NCBI GenBank assembly: GCA_013299115.1
Contig: JAAFKA010000014.1
Coordinates: 64,001-128,000 of the forward strand
DNA from: Cytophagales bacterium
Lineage (GTDB): Bacteria > Bacteroidota > Bacteroidia > Cytophagales > Thermoflexibacteraceae
Reading direction: 5' to 3'
Length of the DNA: 64,000 nucleotides
Of this stretch, positions 10,094-21,000 are shown one piece after another. The notes beneath the pieces are model-generated. The model did not search any database, had not been told where the DNA came from, and saw only the letters and a list, made by a program, of their open reading frames with translations. The position numbers and the translations under genes were made by a program. How positions within the stretch are numbered: position 1 is the stretch's first letter; every line of letters begins with the position of its first letter.

Positions 10094-10736
10094 ATGGAGT
10101 TTAACGATATTTTGTTGTATAGTACCCCAGAGGGTCAGGTAAAAATAGAAGTGATTTATGAAGGGGAAACCTTTTGGCTCAACCAAAAAAGAATGGCAGA
10201 GCTATTTGGCGTAACATTGCCTACCATAAATGAGCATTTGAAACATATTTATCAATCAAATGAATTGCAAGAATCTGCAACTATTCGGAAAATCCGAATA
10301 GTTCAATTGGAAGGTAAAAGAGAAGTAAGCAGAGAGGTTGATTTTTATAATCTTGATGCTATTATAGCTGTTGGCTACCGAGTGAATAGTAGAGAGGCTA
10401 CGAAATTTAGAATTTGGGCTACTAAAACCTTAAAAGAGTTTATAGTAAAAGGTTTTGTGCTTGATGATGAAAGATTGAAACAAGGTAAAAAATTTGGTGC
10501 TGACTATTTCGAGGAACTACTTGAAAGAATAAGAGAAATTAGGGCAAGTGAAAGACGTTTTTATCAAAAAATTACAGACATTTATTCAGAGTGTAGCATA
10601 GATTATGATAAAAATTCGCAAACAACTTTGCTATTTTTTAAAACTTGCAGAGGAAGTTTACAATCAATTTAGAGTGTTGCAAGACCAGACTTATTTGTCT
10701 GATTTCGACAAAGAAATTGCAAAAATTAAAAAATAA
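10094..10736 (+). pseudogene. RhuM-family virulence-associated protein gene, disrupted by internal deletion and frameshift
   Basis: The N-terminal 192 aa match the RhuM family and stop at 10672. A different frame at 10644-10736 encodes a RhuM-like C-terminus (AEEVYNQFRVLQDQTYLSDFDKEIAKIKK*). About 120 aa of central region are missing. Confidence 0.55.
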
Positions 10737-10805
10737 CCAAAAATGTAGCTGTTTGACTGTTTTAGAACTACCAAACAGTAAAATTATCAAAATCACAATA
10801 AAAAA

Positions 10806-12719
10806 ATGGAAACATTACTCACTTCAAAACAAGTATCCAATCTGTTGCCTACCAAGCCCGACAACTTTAACAAATGGTGGCTGATAGGTTTGCTGGGCGT
10901 GGCTGCTCTTTTGTTTGTGCCTGTTTTCTCCTTATATTTTATCACTGCCGATGAGGAGTTGAGCAAAATGGGCTATTTGTTTCAAGATTTTTCTTGGGCA
11001 AAATTGCAAAAGGTCTATTCAGCCAATAACAACCAATACAATGTATTGAGTTTTGCCTTTTCGCACCTTCTTTTCAAGTGGTTTGCCTTGCAGCCAAAGG
11101 GTTATCACGTAGTCAGTTGGTTGTTGCATTTGGCAAATACAGGGCTGGTTTTTTACTTCGTTTGGTTGCTTACCCGCAGAAATATTGTAGCTGTGGCAAG
11201 TGCTTTGCTCTTTGCTTTGCACCCCACTCACGTAGAGTCGGTGGCGTGGATTTTGGGACAGGGAGAATTGCTGGCAACGGCTTTTAGTTTATGCAGTTTA
11301 ATTGCTTACGTAAATTATGTGCAGAATCACCAAACCAAATGGTTGTATAGTAGCCTATTGGCATTTATTTTGGCTGTTTCTTTCAAATTTACAGCTTTGA
11401 TTTTGCCTTTCCTCTTTTTGCTCATAGACAGAGCCACCAACCGCCACACCCAAAAAGGCTGGACAGAAAAAATACCTTTTTTGGTCATTTCCTTAGCAAC
11501 TTTTGGATTGTGGGCTATGCTCCAACTCAAAACCAACGAAAAAACTTTTTTTGGTGTGCCAGATTACAATTTTATAGATAGAATTGTATTAGTTTTTTAC
11601 ACTTTGTCGCATTATCTCCAAAAAATTTTCTTGCCCATTGGCTTGTCGGCTTTTTATCCTTATCCCGCCAAAACAGGACTATTTTTGCCTTGGTTTTGCT
11701 ATGTTTTTGCCCTCCTACCTTTGGTTTTGTTGTTTGGCTTGGCTAAGTTGCGTCAGCATACGTGGGTGTATTGGGGAGGCTTGTTTTTCTTGATAAGTTT
11801 GTTGTTAGTTTCCAATTTGTTGCCTTTGGGTGGCAGAGCATTTGCCAATGATAGACAACTTTATTTTGCCTCCATTGGTTTGTTTGTAGCTTTTGGTTAT
11901 GGTGTAGATTATTGGTTTGCCAATCAATCCAACTATTTCAAACCTATTTTGTATGCGTTGTTGGCGGTGGTTGTGGTTTTTGCAGGTTTGACTTACTTCC
12001 AAATGCAAATGTGGCAAAACGGCATTACGTATTGGAACAACATAGTAGCCCAAAATCCTGAACACTATCACGGACACCACAAACGCGGAGATATACACGC
12101 CACTACCGAAGAAACCTATCGCCAATCTATGATAGACCTCAACAATGCAACCCGAATCATGCCCGAAGACCCCGATGTTTGGAACTCACGTGCCTATATT
12201 CACCTCCGCATTGGCGACTACATACACGCAGAGGAGGATTTGAAAAAAGCCCTAAGCCTCAATCCTCGTTTTGCTATGGCTTATTTTCATTTGGCTCATG
12301 TCCACAAAGGTTATTCACGTTTTGACGAAGCATTGAAAAATTACGATTTGTCCATAGAACACAACCCCAATTTTGCCCCTGCGTATGTGAACAGAGGAGG
12401 AATTTTGTACGGCAAGAAAAATTATAGGGCAGCTTTGGGAGATTATAGCAAAGCCATAGCCCTCGATGCGAATAATGTGGAGGCTTATCAAAACCGAGGC
12501 AATACTTATTACGTATTAGGAGATGCTAATAATGCCCTCAAAGACTACGACAAAGCCCTTGCCCTCTATCCGAGCAATGCCGATGTGTTGTTTAACAGGG
12601 GAATGTTGAAAATTGCAATGGGCAAGGGCATCGATGCTTGCATAGATTTTGAAATTGCTAAAAATCTGGGCAACCAACAGGCAGGGGAGATGCTGAAAAA
12701 ATCTTGTCAAAAAAAATAA
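10806..12719 (+). CDS. Polytopic membrane protein with C-terminal TPR repeats (PMT/GT39-like N-domain plus TPR)
   Basis: 637 aa. There are about 10 TM helices, then multiple 34-aa TPR units (AYxNRG..Y....A..DY.KAL). Confidence 0.7.
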   Translation: METLLTSKQVSNLLPTKPDNFNKWWLIGLLGVAALLFVPVFSLYFITADEELSKMGYLFQDFSWAKLQKVYSANNNQYNVLSFAFSHLLFKWFALQPKGYHVVSWLLHLANTGLVFYFVWLLTRRNIVAVASALLFALHPTHVESVAWILGQGELLATAFSLCSLIAYVNYVQNHQTKWLYSSLLAFILAVSFKFTALILPFLFLLIDRATNRHTQKGWTEKIPFLVISLATFGLWAMLQLKTNEKTFFGVPDYNFIDRIVLVFYTLSHYLQKIFLPIGLSAFYPYPAKTGLFLPWFCYVFALLPLVLLFGLAKLRQHTWVYWGGLFFLISLLLVSNLLPLGGRAFANDRQLYFASIGLFVAFGYGVDYWFANQSNYFKPILYALLAVVVVFAGLTYFQMQMWQNGITYWNNIVAQNPEHYHGHHKRGDIHATTEETYRQSMIDLNNATRIMPEDPDVWNSRAYIHLRIGDYIHAEEDLKKALSLNPRFAMAYFHLAHVHKGYSRFDEALKNYDLSIEHNPNFAPAYVNRGGILYGKKNYRAALGDYSKAIALDANNVEAYQNRGNTYYVLGDANNALKDYDKALALYPSNADVLFNRGMLKIAMGKGIDACIDFEIAKNLGNQQAGEMLKKSCQKK

Positions 12720-12733
12720 GTTTTTAGGTTAGA

Positions 12734-12914
12734 TACGTTGGCAATGGCTTAGGCAGCCCCGTCCAAACCTTGACAATCGTACCTAACCCAAATAGTTACA
12801 CTAAAAAATCATTTATCGGACACTTTGAAAGTGTCCGATAAATTAAATTTTCCAAATTCATTTAGGTACGATTGTCAAGGTCTGGACGGGGCTGCCTAAG
12901 TCATTGCCAACGTA
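12734..12914. repeat. Family A palindromic element: 53-bp inverted arms (tacgttggcaatgg...ccttgacaatcgtacctaa) enclosing a family C hairpin
   Basis: A near-perfect inverted repeat is seen directly. Related copies are at 17821-18040, 22768-22860, 52581-52615 (half) and 55149-55238. Confidence 0.8.
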
Positions 12915-12942
12915 CCTGAAAACTCACAACTAAATACCGAAA

Positions 12943-13515
12943 TTGAACACAGGTAAAGTCATCATCTTTTCTGCACCTTCGGGGGCAGGCAAAACCACCA
13001 TAGTCAAGCACTTGTTGGCTACCTTACCCGAATTAACTTTTTCGGTGTCTGCCACCACGCGCAGCCAACGCCCTAATGAGGTGCATGGCAAAGACTATTA
13101 TTTTTTGACCGTAGAGGAGTTTAAGGCAAAATTAGCAGCAGGCGAATTTTTGGAACACCAACAAGTGTATGACAATATTTTTTACGGCACACTTCGCAGC
13201 GAAGTGCAACGGATACACGCCATAGGCAAACACGCCATTTTTGATGTAGATGTGCAGGGAGGTATCAACCTCAAACGCCAATTTGGTGCTGATGCCCTGT
13301 CTATTTTTGTGAAAGTATCCTCCGTAGCGGTGCTTGCCCAGAGATTAGAAACTCGCAATACGGAAACTCCTGAAAAAAAGGCGGAAAGAATAGCAAAAGC
13401 TACCTCCGAACTGCAATATGAAGGTGCTTTTGATAAAATACTTATCAATGAAGTTTTGAATACAACTTTGGAGGAGGCTGAGGGAATGGTGAAGGAGTTT
13501 ATTGGAGTTTTGTAA
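12943..13515 (+). CDS. gmk: Guanylate kinase
   Basis: 190 aa with the P-loop FSAPSGAGKTT and the SATTR motif. Confidence 0.9.
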   Translation: MNTGKVIIFSAPSGAGKTTIVKHLLATLPELTFSVSATTRSQRPNEVHGKDYYFLTVEEFKAKLAAGEFLEHQQVYDNIFYGTLRSEVQRIHAIGKHAIFDVDVQGGINLKRQFGADALSIFVKVSSVAVLAQRLETRNTETPEKKAERIAKATSELQYEGAFDKILINEVLNTTLEEAEGMVKEFIGVL

Positions 13516-13524
13516 AATACAATA

Positions 13525-13548
13525 CTTCGGGTTTTGAGAAACCCGAAG
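13525..13548 (+). terminator. Family B hairpin (cttcgggttttgagaaacccgaag) after gmk
   Basis: Stem-loop with the conserved loop ttttgagaaa. The same motif follows yajC at 47737-47770 and recurs at 17995-18014, 22453-22472 and 23014-23037. Confidence 0.5.
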
Positions 13549-13624
13549 CACCTTGTAAATTTTCAAAAAATAACAGAAACACATGGACAAGTAAGGCAAA
13601 TAAGTGGAAAATCAAGATTGGCTT

Positions 13625-14137
13625 TTAATCCACCCCGTCTTTATTCTGCAAATAAGGTTTCCAATTATCGTCATTTGCACCTGCAAACTCACGCAAAAAT
13701 ACTACAAATGAAGGTTTAAAAGGCTTGTAAGGGAGTTTTAATCCCACAGCTTCAGGTGTAAAATCTCCTTTTCTGGCATTACATTTTTTGCAGGCTGTTA
13801 CTAGATTTGTCCACGAAGTTTTCCCACCCTTAGAACGAGGGATTACATGGTCGAGGGTTAAGTCGTGTTTTGCCCCACAATACACACATTTGTTGCCGTC
13901 ACGTTTAAAGATATTTTGCCTACTCAACATCACCCCTTTGTAGGGAATATTGACATAGCTCAACAAACGGATAACTGAAGGCATCACTAAAACTTGGCTT
14001 ACCGACCTCAAAAACTGATTCTCTACTTTGGTAAGCACCTCAGCTTTGTTTGTATAAACCAATAGAAAGGCTTTTGGCACGTTGCAAACGGTCAATGCCC
14101 GATAATCTGAATTGAGTACAAGTACTTTCCGTCCCAT
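13625..14137 (-). CDS. HNH endonuclease family protein
   Basis: 170 aa with the CVYCGAKHDLTLDHVIPRSKGG...CKKCNARKG HNH/zinc-finger motif. Confidence 0.8.
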   Translation of the reverse strand: MGRKVLVLNSDYRALTVCNVPKAFLLVYTNKAEVLTKVENQFLRSVSQVLVMPSVIRLLSYVNIPYKGVMLSRQNIFKRDGNKCVYCGAKHDLTLDHVIPRSKGGKTSWTNLVTACKKCNARKGDFTPEAVGLKLPYKPFKPSFVVFLREFAGANDDNWKPYLQNKDGVD

Positions 14138-14473
14138 AAAACTTACACAGTTTAGTTGTAAAACAATTTCAAGTCATTGGATTTAACTCTGTTAGCGTAA
14201 AAAAACGAAAAAAGTTGCACAAACCTGAAAAAACATTGATTTTCAGGCTCATACAACTTTTCCTATCGTTAGTTTGCGTCTTGAAGGCTACACTTTCTTA
14301 AAAGATTTGTAATTGCTTAAAGTTAGGCAATTAGTTTCAAAAAAGCAAATAATTGGTTGTTTTTTTAGTAGAAGTAATCAACATAACTTTGGGGAAATAA
14401 ATCAGGACGAATATTTAAGTTTTCTCAAATTGATTAACTTTGTTGTGTAAAAAAATAAATACCAACTAAATAT

Positions 14474-14896
14474 ATGTTGAGGCAAAACATTACAACCATA
14501 CAAAACGAAATTATAGAAGAATTTGCTGTTTTTGACAACAAAAACGACATTTACGACTACATCATAGAATTAGGCAGAGAATTACCTGCTTTTCCAGAGC
14601 AACACCGCAAAGACGAAAACCTGATAAAAGGTTGTCAATCAAGGGTTTGGATTTATCCAACAGTGCAACAAGACCATTTAGTTTTGTATGGCGACAGTGA
14701 TTCTACCTTAGTCAAAGGATTGGTAGCCTTGATTTTGCGTGTTTTTTCTGAACAAAAACCTGCAGATATTGCACAAGTCGAGTTGTTTTTTATGGACAAA
14801 ATAGGTTTGCAGGCTTTGCTCTCCATGAACAGGGCAAACGGATTGGCAGCAATGATAAAACAAATTAAATTGTATGCAAGTGTGCTGAGTCATTAG
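14474..14896 (+). CDS. sufE: SufE-like cysteine desulfuration protein
   Basis: 140 aa with the GCQSRVW active-site Cys motif and SufE-like length. Confidence 0.8.
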   Translation: MLRQNITTIQNEIIEEFAVFDNKNDIYDYIIELGRELPAFPEQHRKDENLIKGCQSRVWIYPTVQQDHLVLYGDSDSTLVKGLVALILRVFSEQKPADIAQVELFFMDKIGLQALLSMNRANGLAAMIKQIKLYASVLSH

Positions 14897-14926
14897 GTAA
14901 TTCATTCGCCTAAAGGTGAATATACA

Positions 14927-16318
14927 TTACAACTGCCCCCATGCTTTTTCGTGGTCTATCTTTGCAAGTAGCACTTCGTAAAGGGCGGTGTAGTAGTTGC
15001 CTTGCGATTCGGTGTAGGCATTTTCGGCATGAACCACCTCCAAATTGGTGGCTATGCCTTCTTTGTATTTCACTTGCGTAATTTGCAACACTTCTTTTGC
15101 CAAGTCCAAGTTTTTTTGTTGAATTTGCAAAGTTGCCAAGCCGTTTTTTAGTAGCAAATTGGTCTGTTGTTGCTGCCAAGTAATAAGACGTTGTAGTTGC
15201 AAGAGGTTGTTATCTGTTTTGGTAGCTGCCAGCTTTTTTTGCTGAATTTGATAAGACTTTTGGAAACCATCAAATAGAGGAATTTCTACACGCAAACCAT
15301 AATTGAAAAAACCATAAAAACCTGTATTCCACAAACTGCCAAAAGACAAACTGCCATTGTTCACACCGCCATTGGCAACCAAATAAACCGAAGGATAATA
15401 TTGGGCTTTGATAGTTTGAATTTCTAAACTATTGATTTTTTTCTGTGTTTGCAAAGTTGCAAAATCATTGCGGTTGGCATGGTCAAACGAAGTAGTATTG
15501 AGATTTAAAGTATTGATTTCCAATAATTTACTTTCTATTTTTTCACTCAACGTAATGTCGTCTTCGGGATTTAAGCCCATCTGAAATTTTAGCAATGCCT
15601 TGCTCAAAACCAACAAATTTGCTAATTTTTCTCTTTCAGTTTGCAAATTATTGAGGCTTACCTCCAAACGACTAAGGTCTAATTTTTCTATTGTTCCATT
15701 TTGAAACATAGCCCTGCTTTGCAGCACCAATTCATTGAGATGAGCCAAATGCTCATCGAGCAAACGCAACCTTTCTGTATTGACCAGCACTGCATAATAG
15801 GCTCTGGACACCTGATAAGCTGTTTCGGTTTCCACTTGCTTTACATTTTTTTGTGCCAATTCGGTATAAACCTTTGCCACTTTTAAGCCTTGCAAATAAG
15901 CCCCACTAAACAATAACTGCGAAAACGCAGCGTGGGCAGTAACACCATATTGCAGTTGGAGGGCAGCAGCCTGTTGTTGATTGGCAGGGGCAGCATTGTC
16001 TATGATATTTCGGCGAAAAAAACTTTGTTGCAACGATAAATTGTCCGTAAAATTGAGTTGGGCATTGAGTTGGGGCAAAGCTATGGCTTTGGTTTCTTGC
16101 ACTTTGGCGTGGGCTATTTGCTCATCTATCTTGGCATTGGCAAGGGCAGGTGCTTGGGTAAGGGCATGGGCTATACACTGTTGGCGAGTATAGTTTTGCA
16201 AGACAAGTGGCTGATTTTGAGTAGTTTGTCCTTTGCAAACCATACCAAATGAAGTACACAAAGTTGCAACAAGCAACCAACGAAACCTGAAAAGAGGAGA
16301 AAAAAGAAAATATTTCAT
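14927..16318 (-). CDS. TolC-family outer membrane efflux protein
   Basis: 463 aa with a signal peptide and two repeated coiled-coil/beta-barrel halves typical of OEP/TolC. Confidence 0.8.
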   Translation of the reverse strand: MKYFLFSPLFRFRWLLVATLCTSFGMVCKGQTTQNQPLVLQNYTRQQCIAHALTQAPALANAKIDEQIAHAKVQETKAIALPQLNAQLNFTDNLSLQQSFFRRNIIDNAAPANQQQAAALQLQYGVTAHAAFSQLLFSGAYLQGLKVAKVYTELAQKNVKQVETETAYQVSRAYYAVLVNTERLRLLDEHLAHLNELVLQSRAMFQNGTIEKLDLSRLEVSLNNLQTEREKLANLLVLSKALLKFQMGLNPEDDITLSEKIESKLLEINTLNLNTTSFDHANRNDFATLQTQKKINSLEIQTIKAQYYPSVYLVANGGVNNGSLSFGSLWNTGFYGFFNYGLRVEIPLFDGFQKSYQIQQKKLAATKTDNNLLQLQRLITWQQQQTNLLLKNGLATLQIQQKNLDLAKEVLQITQVKYKEGIATNLEVVHAENAYTESQGNYYTALYEVLLAKIDHEKAWGQL

Positions 16319-16482
16319 AAGCCCTATAAATAAAAAAGTGCCTTTTCATTGCTAAAAAAGCACTTTGCAGAGAGAGGGATTCGAAAAACTCCGCCCACAT
16401 TCTCCAAAAAGCCGTTTTTGTTTACAGCAAACAAATAGCTAACAAAAAAACAACTTTCAAAATTTAAGCTACTTTTTATTTT

Positions 16483-17106
16483 TTAGTACATATTAAATTT
16501 TTCGGCAGTCTTCACACAATCGGCAAAGATAAAATCCAATACGCCCAGCAGTTTGTTGGCATTGTCTAAACCAAGTCCCAGCGGATGCCTATAAATAATA
16601 TTTCCGTCTAATTTGCCAAATTCCCATCCTTTGCCAATACTCACTACTGCATAAATTGGAATATCGGGGTTTTTGTTTAGCAATCTTGCCACAATAAGCT
16701 GCTTGTAAGCATCTACCCAGCCCAAATCATAATCGTCATGTTTTGCCTCTACCGTAACGAGCAAAGGTTTTTGAAACACATCTTCGCCTGTTCTATTTTT
16801 GGGGGCAACCACATAATCTGGCACCAAAATCAAGTCTTCATATTTTATTTGGGGGTGGCTATACAGTTTTGCTCTGGGGTTTCGTTTCCACGCCTCTTTC
16901 AAAATCGGAAAAATTAATGCTTCGCAAGCATAAGCCTCCCTATCGGTATTTCCTCTATTGGCAAGAAAAAAAATAATATCCTCTCTCAAATGGGCTGGTA
17001 AGACTATTTCGGGAGTAGCCTGAAAATTCATAAACTCTTGCTTTTCAACTGTGAGGTCAAAATATTTTAACAGTTTATCTATGGTTTCAAATTCGCTAAA
17101 TTTCAT
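16483..17106 (-). CDS. Hypothetical protein with a PD-(D/E)xK nuclease-like motif
   Basis: 207 aa. The VPDYVV ... VTVEAK spacing resembles the PD-(D/E)xK catalytic core. Confidence 0.4.
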   Translation of the reverse strand: MKFSEFETIDKLLKYFDLTVEKQEFMNFQATPEIVLPAHLREDIIFFLANRGNTDREAYACEALIFPILKEAWKRNPRAKLYSHPQIKYEDLILVPDYVVAPKNRTGEDVFQKPLLVTVEAKHDDYDLGWVDAYKQLIVARLLNKNPDIPIYAVVSIGKGWEFGKLDGNIIYRHPLGLGLDNANKLLGVLDFIFADCVKTAEKFNMY

Positions 17107-17379
17107 TCGTTGTTCAATTTACTGCAAGATACGAAAAATTTGAAAAAAAAGATGTAGGAAATAGAAATTTAGTAGCTGATAAATCAAAAATCCCACCAAA
17201 ATCCCAAAAAGCACACCATTTCGGTCAAGAATCCTATCAAAATCCTAAGTTCTCCCTATCAATCCTGACTAATTAGGGCAAACTTTGTAAAGAAAAAGGA
17301 ACAAAAAGCCCCTTTATAGTCAAGTTAAGGGATTTTTGGTATAGTTCCTTGCTTTACATTTGCCTAAAATACAAAAATT

Positions 17380-17661
17380 ATGTTAGCAAACCTGACCCCT
17401 GTGGAGTATGAAATTTTTATGCTATTGGTGCAGGAGCCTATGCTCACCAACAAGCAAATAGCCCTGATGAGAGAAAAGAACAAGCCAAGTGGGGTGAACA
17501 AACACCAAACCACTATTTCTGAACATACGGTTGCCTCCCATGTGCGAAATATTTTGGAGGAATTAGACATCACCAGCAGGTATTTGCTCCAGCAATACGC
17601 CATTCAGCAAGGGCTATATTGCCCAAAAAAAGGCTGTGCTTGTGTGCAAAAAAAGTTGTAA
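17380..17661 (+). CDS. Small LuxR/GerE-type HTH protein
   Basis: 93 aa. LTPVEYEIFMLLVQE...SEHTVASHVRNILEEL resembles the LuxR C-terminal HTH. It is followed by a 19-bp perfect inverted repeat at 17675-17742. Confidence 0.45.
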   Translation: MLANLTPVEYEIFMLLVQEPMLTNKQIALMREKNKPSGVNKHQTTISEHTVASHVRNILEELDITSRYLLQQYAIQQGLYCPKKGCACVQKKL

Positions 17662-17820
17662 AAAACAAAACTTTGGCAGTGGTCGATAGACCCTGCCAAT
17701 AGTTGCGTTTTTTTTAACCATCGGGGTCTATCGACCACTGCCGAGGTTAAAAAAAACAGGGCTGTATAGTCAATAGCTGTGATTTGTTGCACTTGTTTAT
17801 TGCAGACCTTTGTAAAAGTG

Positions 17821-18040
17821 TGTGCCTATACGTTGGCAATGGCTTTGTGTGCCTATTACGTTGGCAATGGTCGCAGACCTTGACAATCGTATAGGCACAC
17901 GTGTAGGGTACGATTGGCAAGGTGCAAAAGCACCATTGCCAACGTACTAACACAACAAATGTGCTTTCGGTTGCTCACAACCGAAAGTGTATTTGCGGGT
18001 TTGAGAACCCGCAAGCACGTGCTACCATTGCCAACGTACT
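17821..18040. repeat. Composite family A palindromic element (two left arms, internal hairpins, family B hairpin)
   Basis: The motifs tacgttggcaatgg (x2), ccttgacaatcgta, tacgattggcaagg, ccattgccaacgta (x2) and tgcgggtttgagaacccgca are all present. Confidence 0.7.
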
Positions 18041-18069
18041 AATACAAAAAAATTTAAACACTTAAAATT

Positions 18070-21000
18070 ATGAAAAAACATTGCTCAAAAATTACAAAAA
18101 TACTGCTCTTGCTGGCAATGCTGGCAATGACGCACACAAAGGGGTATGCACAGGCATTCATCACCCGATGGATAACCACCACAGGCACAATCACCATACC
18201 CACCACAGGCGGAGGTTATAACTATAACCTAAGTTGGACAAACCTTACCAATGCAGGCGTAGGTGATGGTAGCATAACTGCCCGAACAGGTAGCCACACC
18301 ATTATGAGTTTAGAAAACGGAAGCACCTACCAAATTGCAATAACGGGGGCTTTTCCGAAAATCTTTTTCAATTTTGGGTCAGAACGAAGTAAGATACGCA
18401 CTATTGAACAATGGGGAAGTATTGCTTGGACTTCTATGCAAAATGCTTTCAATGGTTGTGATAACCTGACCTATAATGCAGTAGATAACCCCGATTTGAG
18501 TGCTGTTACGGATATGTCGGGTATGTTTAGCAATACTTCAATTTTCAATGGCAATATCAATTCTTGGAATGTGAGTAATGTTACCAATATGGCGGGTATG
18601 TTTGGCGGGGCTTATGTTTTCAATCAACCTCTCAATAATTGGAACACAGGTAATGTAACAGATATGAGTGGTATGTTCATTAATTGTACTGCTTTTAATG
18701 GAAATATAAGCACTTGGGACGTAAGCAAAGTTACGAATATGACTTCTATGTTTGAAAAAGCAAGAAGTTTCAATCAAGATATTAGTGCTTGGAATGTTGG
18801 CAATGTTACCACTATGTTATCTATGTTTTGGCAAGCAGATGTATTTAATCAGCCTTTAAATAGTTGGAATGTTAGCAAAGTTACGACAATGAAACTAATG
18901 TTTTTCCTTGCACCAGCTTTTAATCAACCATTAAATAATTGGAGTACAAGTGCAGTTACTAATACAAGTGGTATGTTTAGTGGTGCATCTGCTTTCAATC
19001 AGCCATTAAATAATTGGAATGTAACCAATGTTACAGATATGAATGGTATGTTTAGTGGTGCCAATGCTTTTAATCAACCACTTAATAATTGGAATGTTGG
19101 CAACGTAACAGACATGAGTTTTATGTTTTCTAATGCAAGAAACTTTAATTCAGACATCACCACTTGGAATACAAGCAAAGTTACAAGTTTATTGAGTACA
19201 TTCTTTGGGGCAATAGAATTTAATCAAAACATTAATAATTGGGATACAAGCAATGTAACCACTATGGCTTCAACTTTTTGGAAAGCTGAAAAATTTAATC
19301 AGCCTCTCAATAATTGGAATACAAGCAAAGTTACAACTATGCATGGAATGTTTGCCTTTGCTACCATTTTTAATCAACCCTTAAATAATTGGAATGTTGC
19401 GAATGTAACAACCTTGCGGGAAATGTTTGTAAGTGCGGAAGCATTTAACCAAAATTTGAATAATTGGAATACGGTCAGTGTTACGAATATGGGTTCTACT
19501 TTCTGGAATGCAAAAAGTTTCAATGGTGATGTTACTACTTGGAATACAAGTAATGTTACCACTATGGGTTTTATGTTTTCAGGTGCTACGCCTTTTAATC
19601 AAGACTTAGTGAACTGGGACACAGGAAAAGTTACAGATATGACCAATTTGTTTGCAGGTACTGCTTTTAATTATAATATCAATAATTGGAATGTAAGTAA
19701 TGTAACAAGCATAGCTGCTATTTTTAATGGTGCAAAGTTCTTTAACCAACCACTTAATAATTGGAATACAAGCAATGTAACTGCAATGCGATGGGCATTT
19801 TGGGGTGCAACAGCCTTTAATCAGCCATTGAATAATTGGAATGTGAGTAAGGTAGCTAACATGGAAGCCGTATTTTATGATGCCTTAGCTTTTAACCAAT
19901 CTCTTGCAAGTTGGGATATGGGCAATGTAACAAATGCAGGATTTATGCTATTGAATAGTGGGCTTTCTGTGGCAAATTATGATGCAACACTTATTAGCTG
20001 GGCAGCACAAACCTTGCAACCAAATACAGGTTTAGGGTCGCAAGGGTTAAAATATTGTGCAGTAGCAGCACGAAATACTTTATTAGCTGCACCCAAAAAT
20101 TGGACTATTGCAGGTGATGCCCTAAGCCCTACTTGTGTACCTGTTTGTAACAATATCTACGTAAATGCAAGCACAGGCAACGATGCCAATGACGGACTTT
20201 CCAATGCCACTGCCAAACAAACTTTACAAGCAGCCTTTTCCACCGTAGCCGATGGCTGCACCGTAGTTCTCAATGCAGGAACTTACAACGAAAACGCAAC
20301 CCTCACAGGCAAATCTATTGCTTTGCTCGGCGTGGGCAACCCCACTGTTAGGCGAATAAACATGAACGGAGCAGGAAAAACCATGACCTTGACAGGGGCA
20401 GTGCAAATTTCGGAGTTGCTCAACTTGCAAGACGGCAATGTGGTGTCTAACGGAAATCTTACTTTGCTTTCCTCCGCAGCAGGGCAGGCATACATAGTCA
20501 ATAACTTGACTGCGGTAGTGATTGGAGATGTAAAAGTGCAGAGATTTGTGCCAAGTTATGCAGCAAGAACTACTACACAAGGCTACAATTATTTTTCTTC
20601 GCCTGTTTCGGGCAAAACCATTGCCGAGTTTAACGACAATGTACCTTTGGTACTCAATCCTAATTACGATTTTGTGAACACCTACGCAGGTGCTTTTCCA
20701 AATTTCTACCGATACAACGAAAACAGGGTAGTGAGTTCTCCCGCAGCCTCCAATGTTTTTGAAAAAGGTTGGGAGTCACCCGCCAGCACAGCCGAAAATA
20801 TGGAAGTAGGCAGAGGCTATATTCTCAACCTCAATTCAGGCTTAACACTTGATTTTATTGGCAACTTAAATAATGGCAATATAACCACCAATATTACACG
20901 TGGAAACGCAAGCAATTCGGGCTGGAATTTGGTAGGCAATCCCTATCCTTCGGCTCTTGATTTCAATGCTGTTTATACCCTCAATAGTCCGCAAATAGAT

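Noticed and set aside
10645-10884. 79-aa ORF downstream of RhuM
   Set aside because: Low-complexity translation. It lies in the region where a third frame encodes the genuine RhuM C-terminus. It is a by-product of the frameshifted pseudogene.
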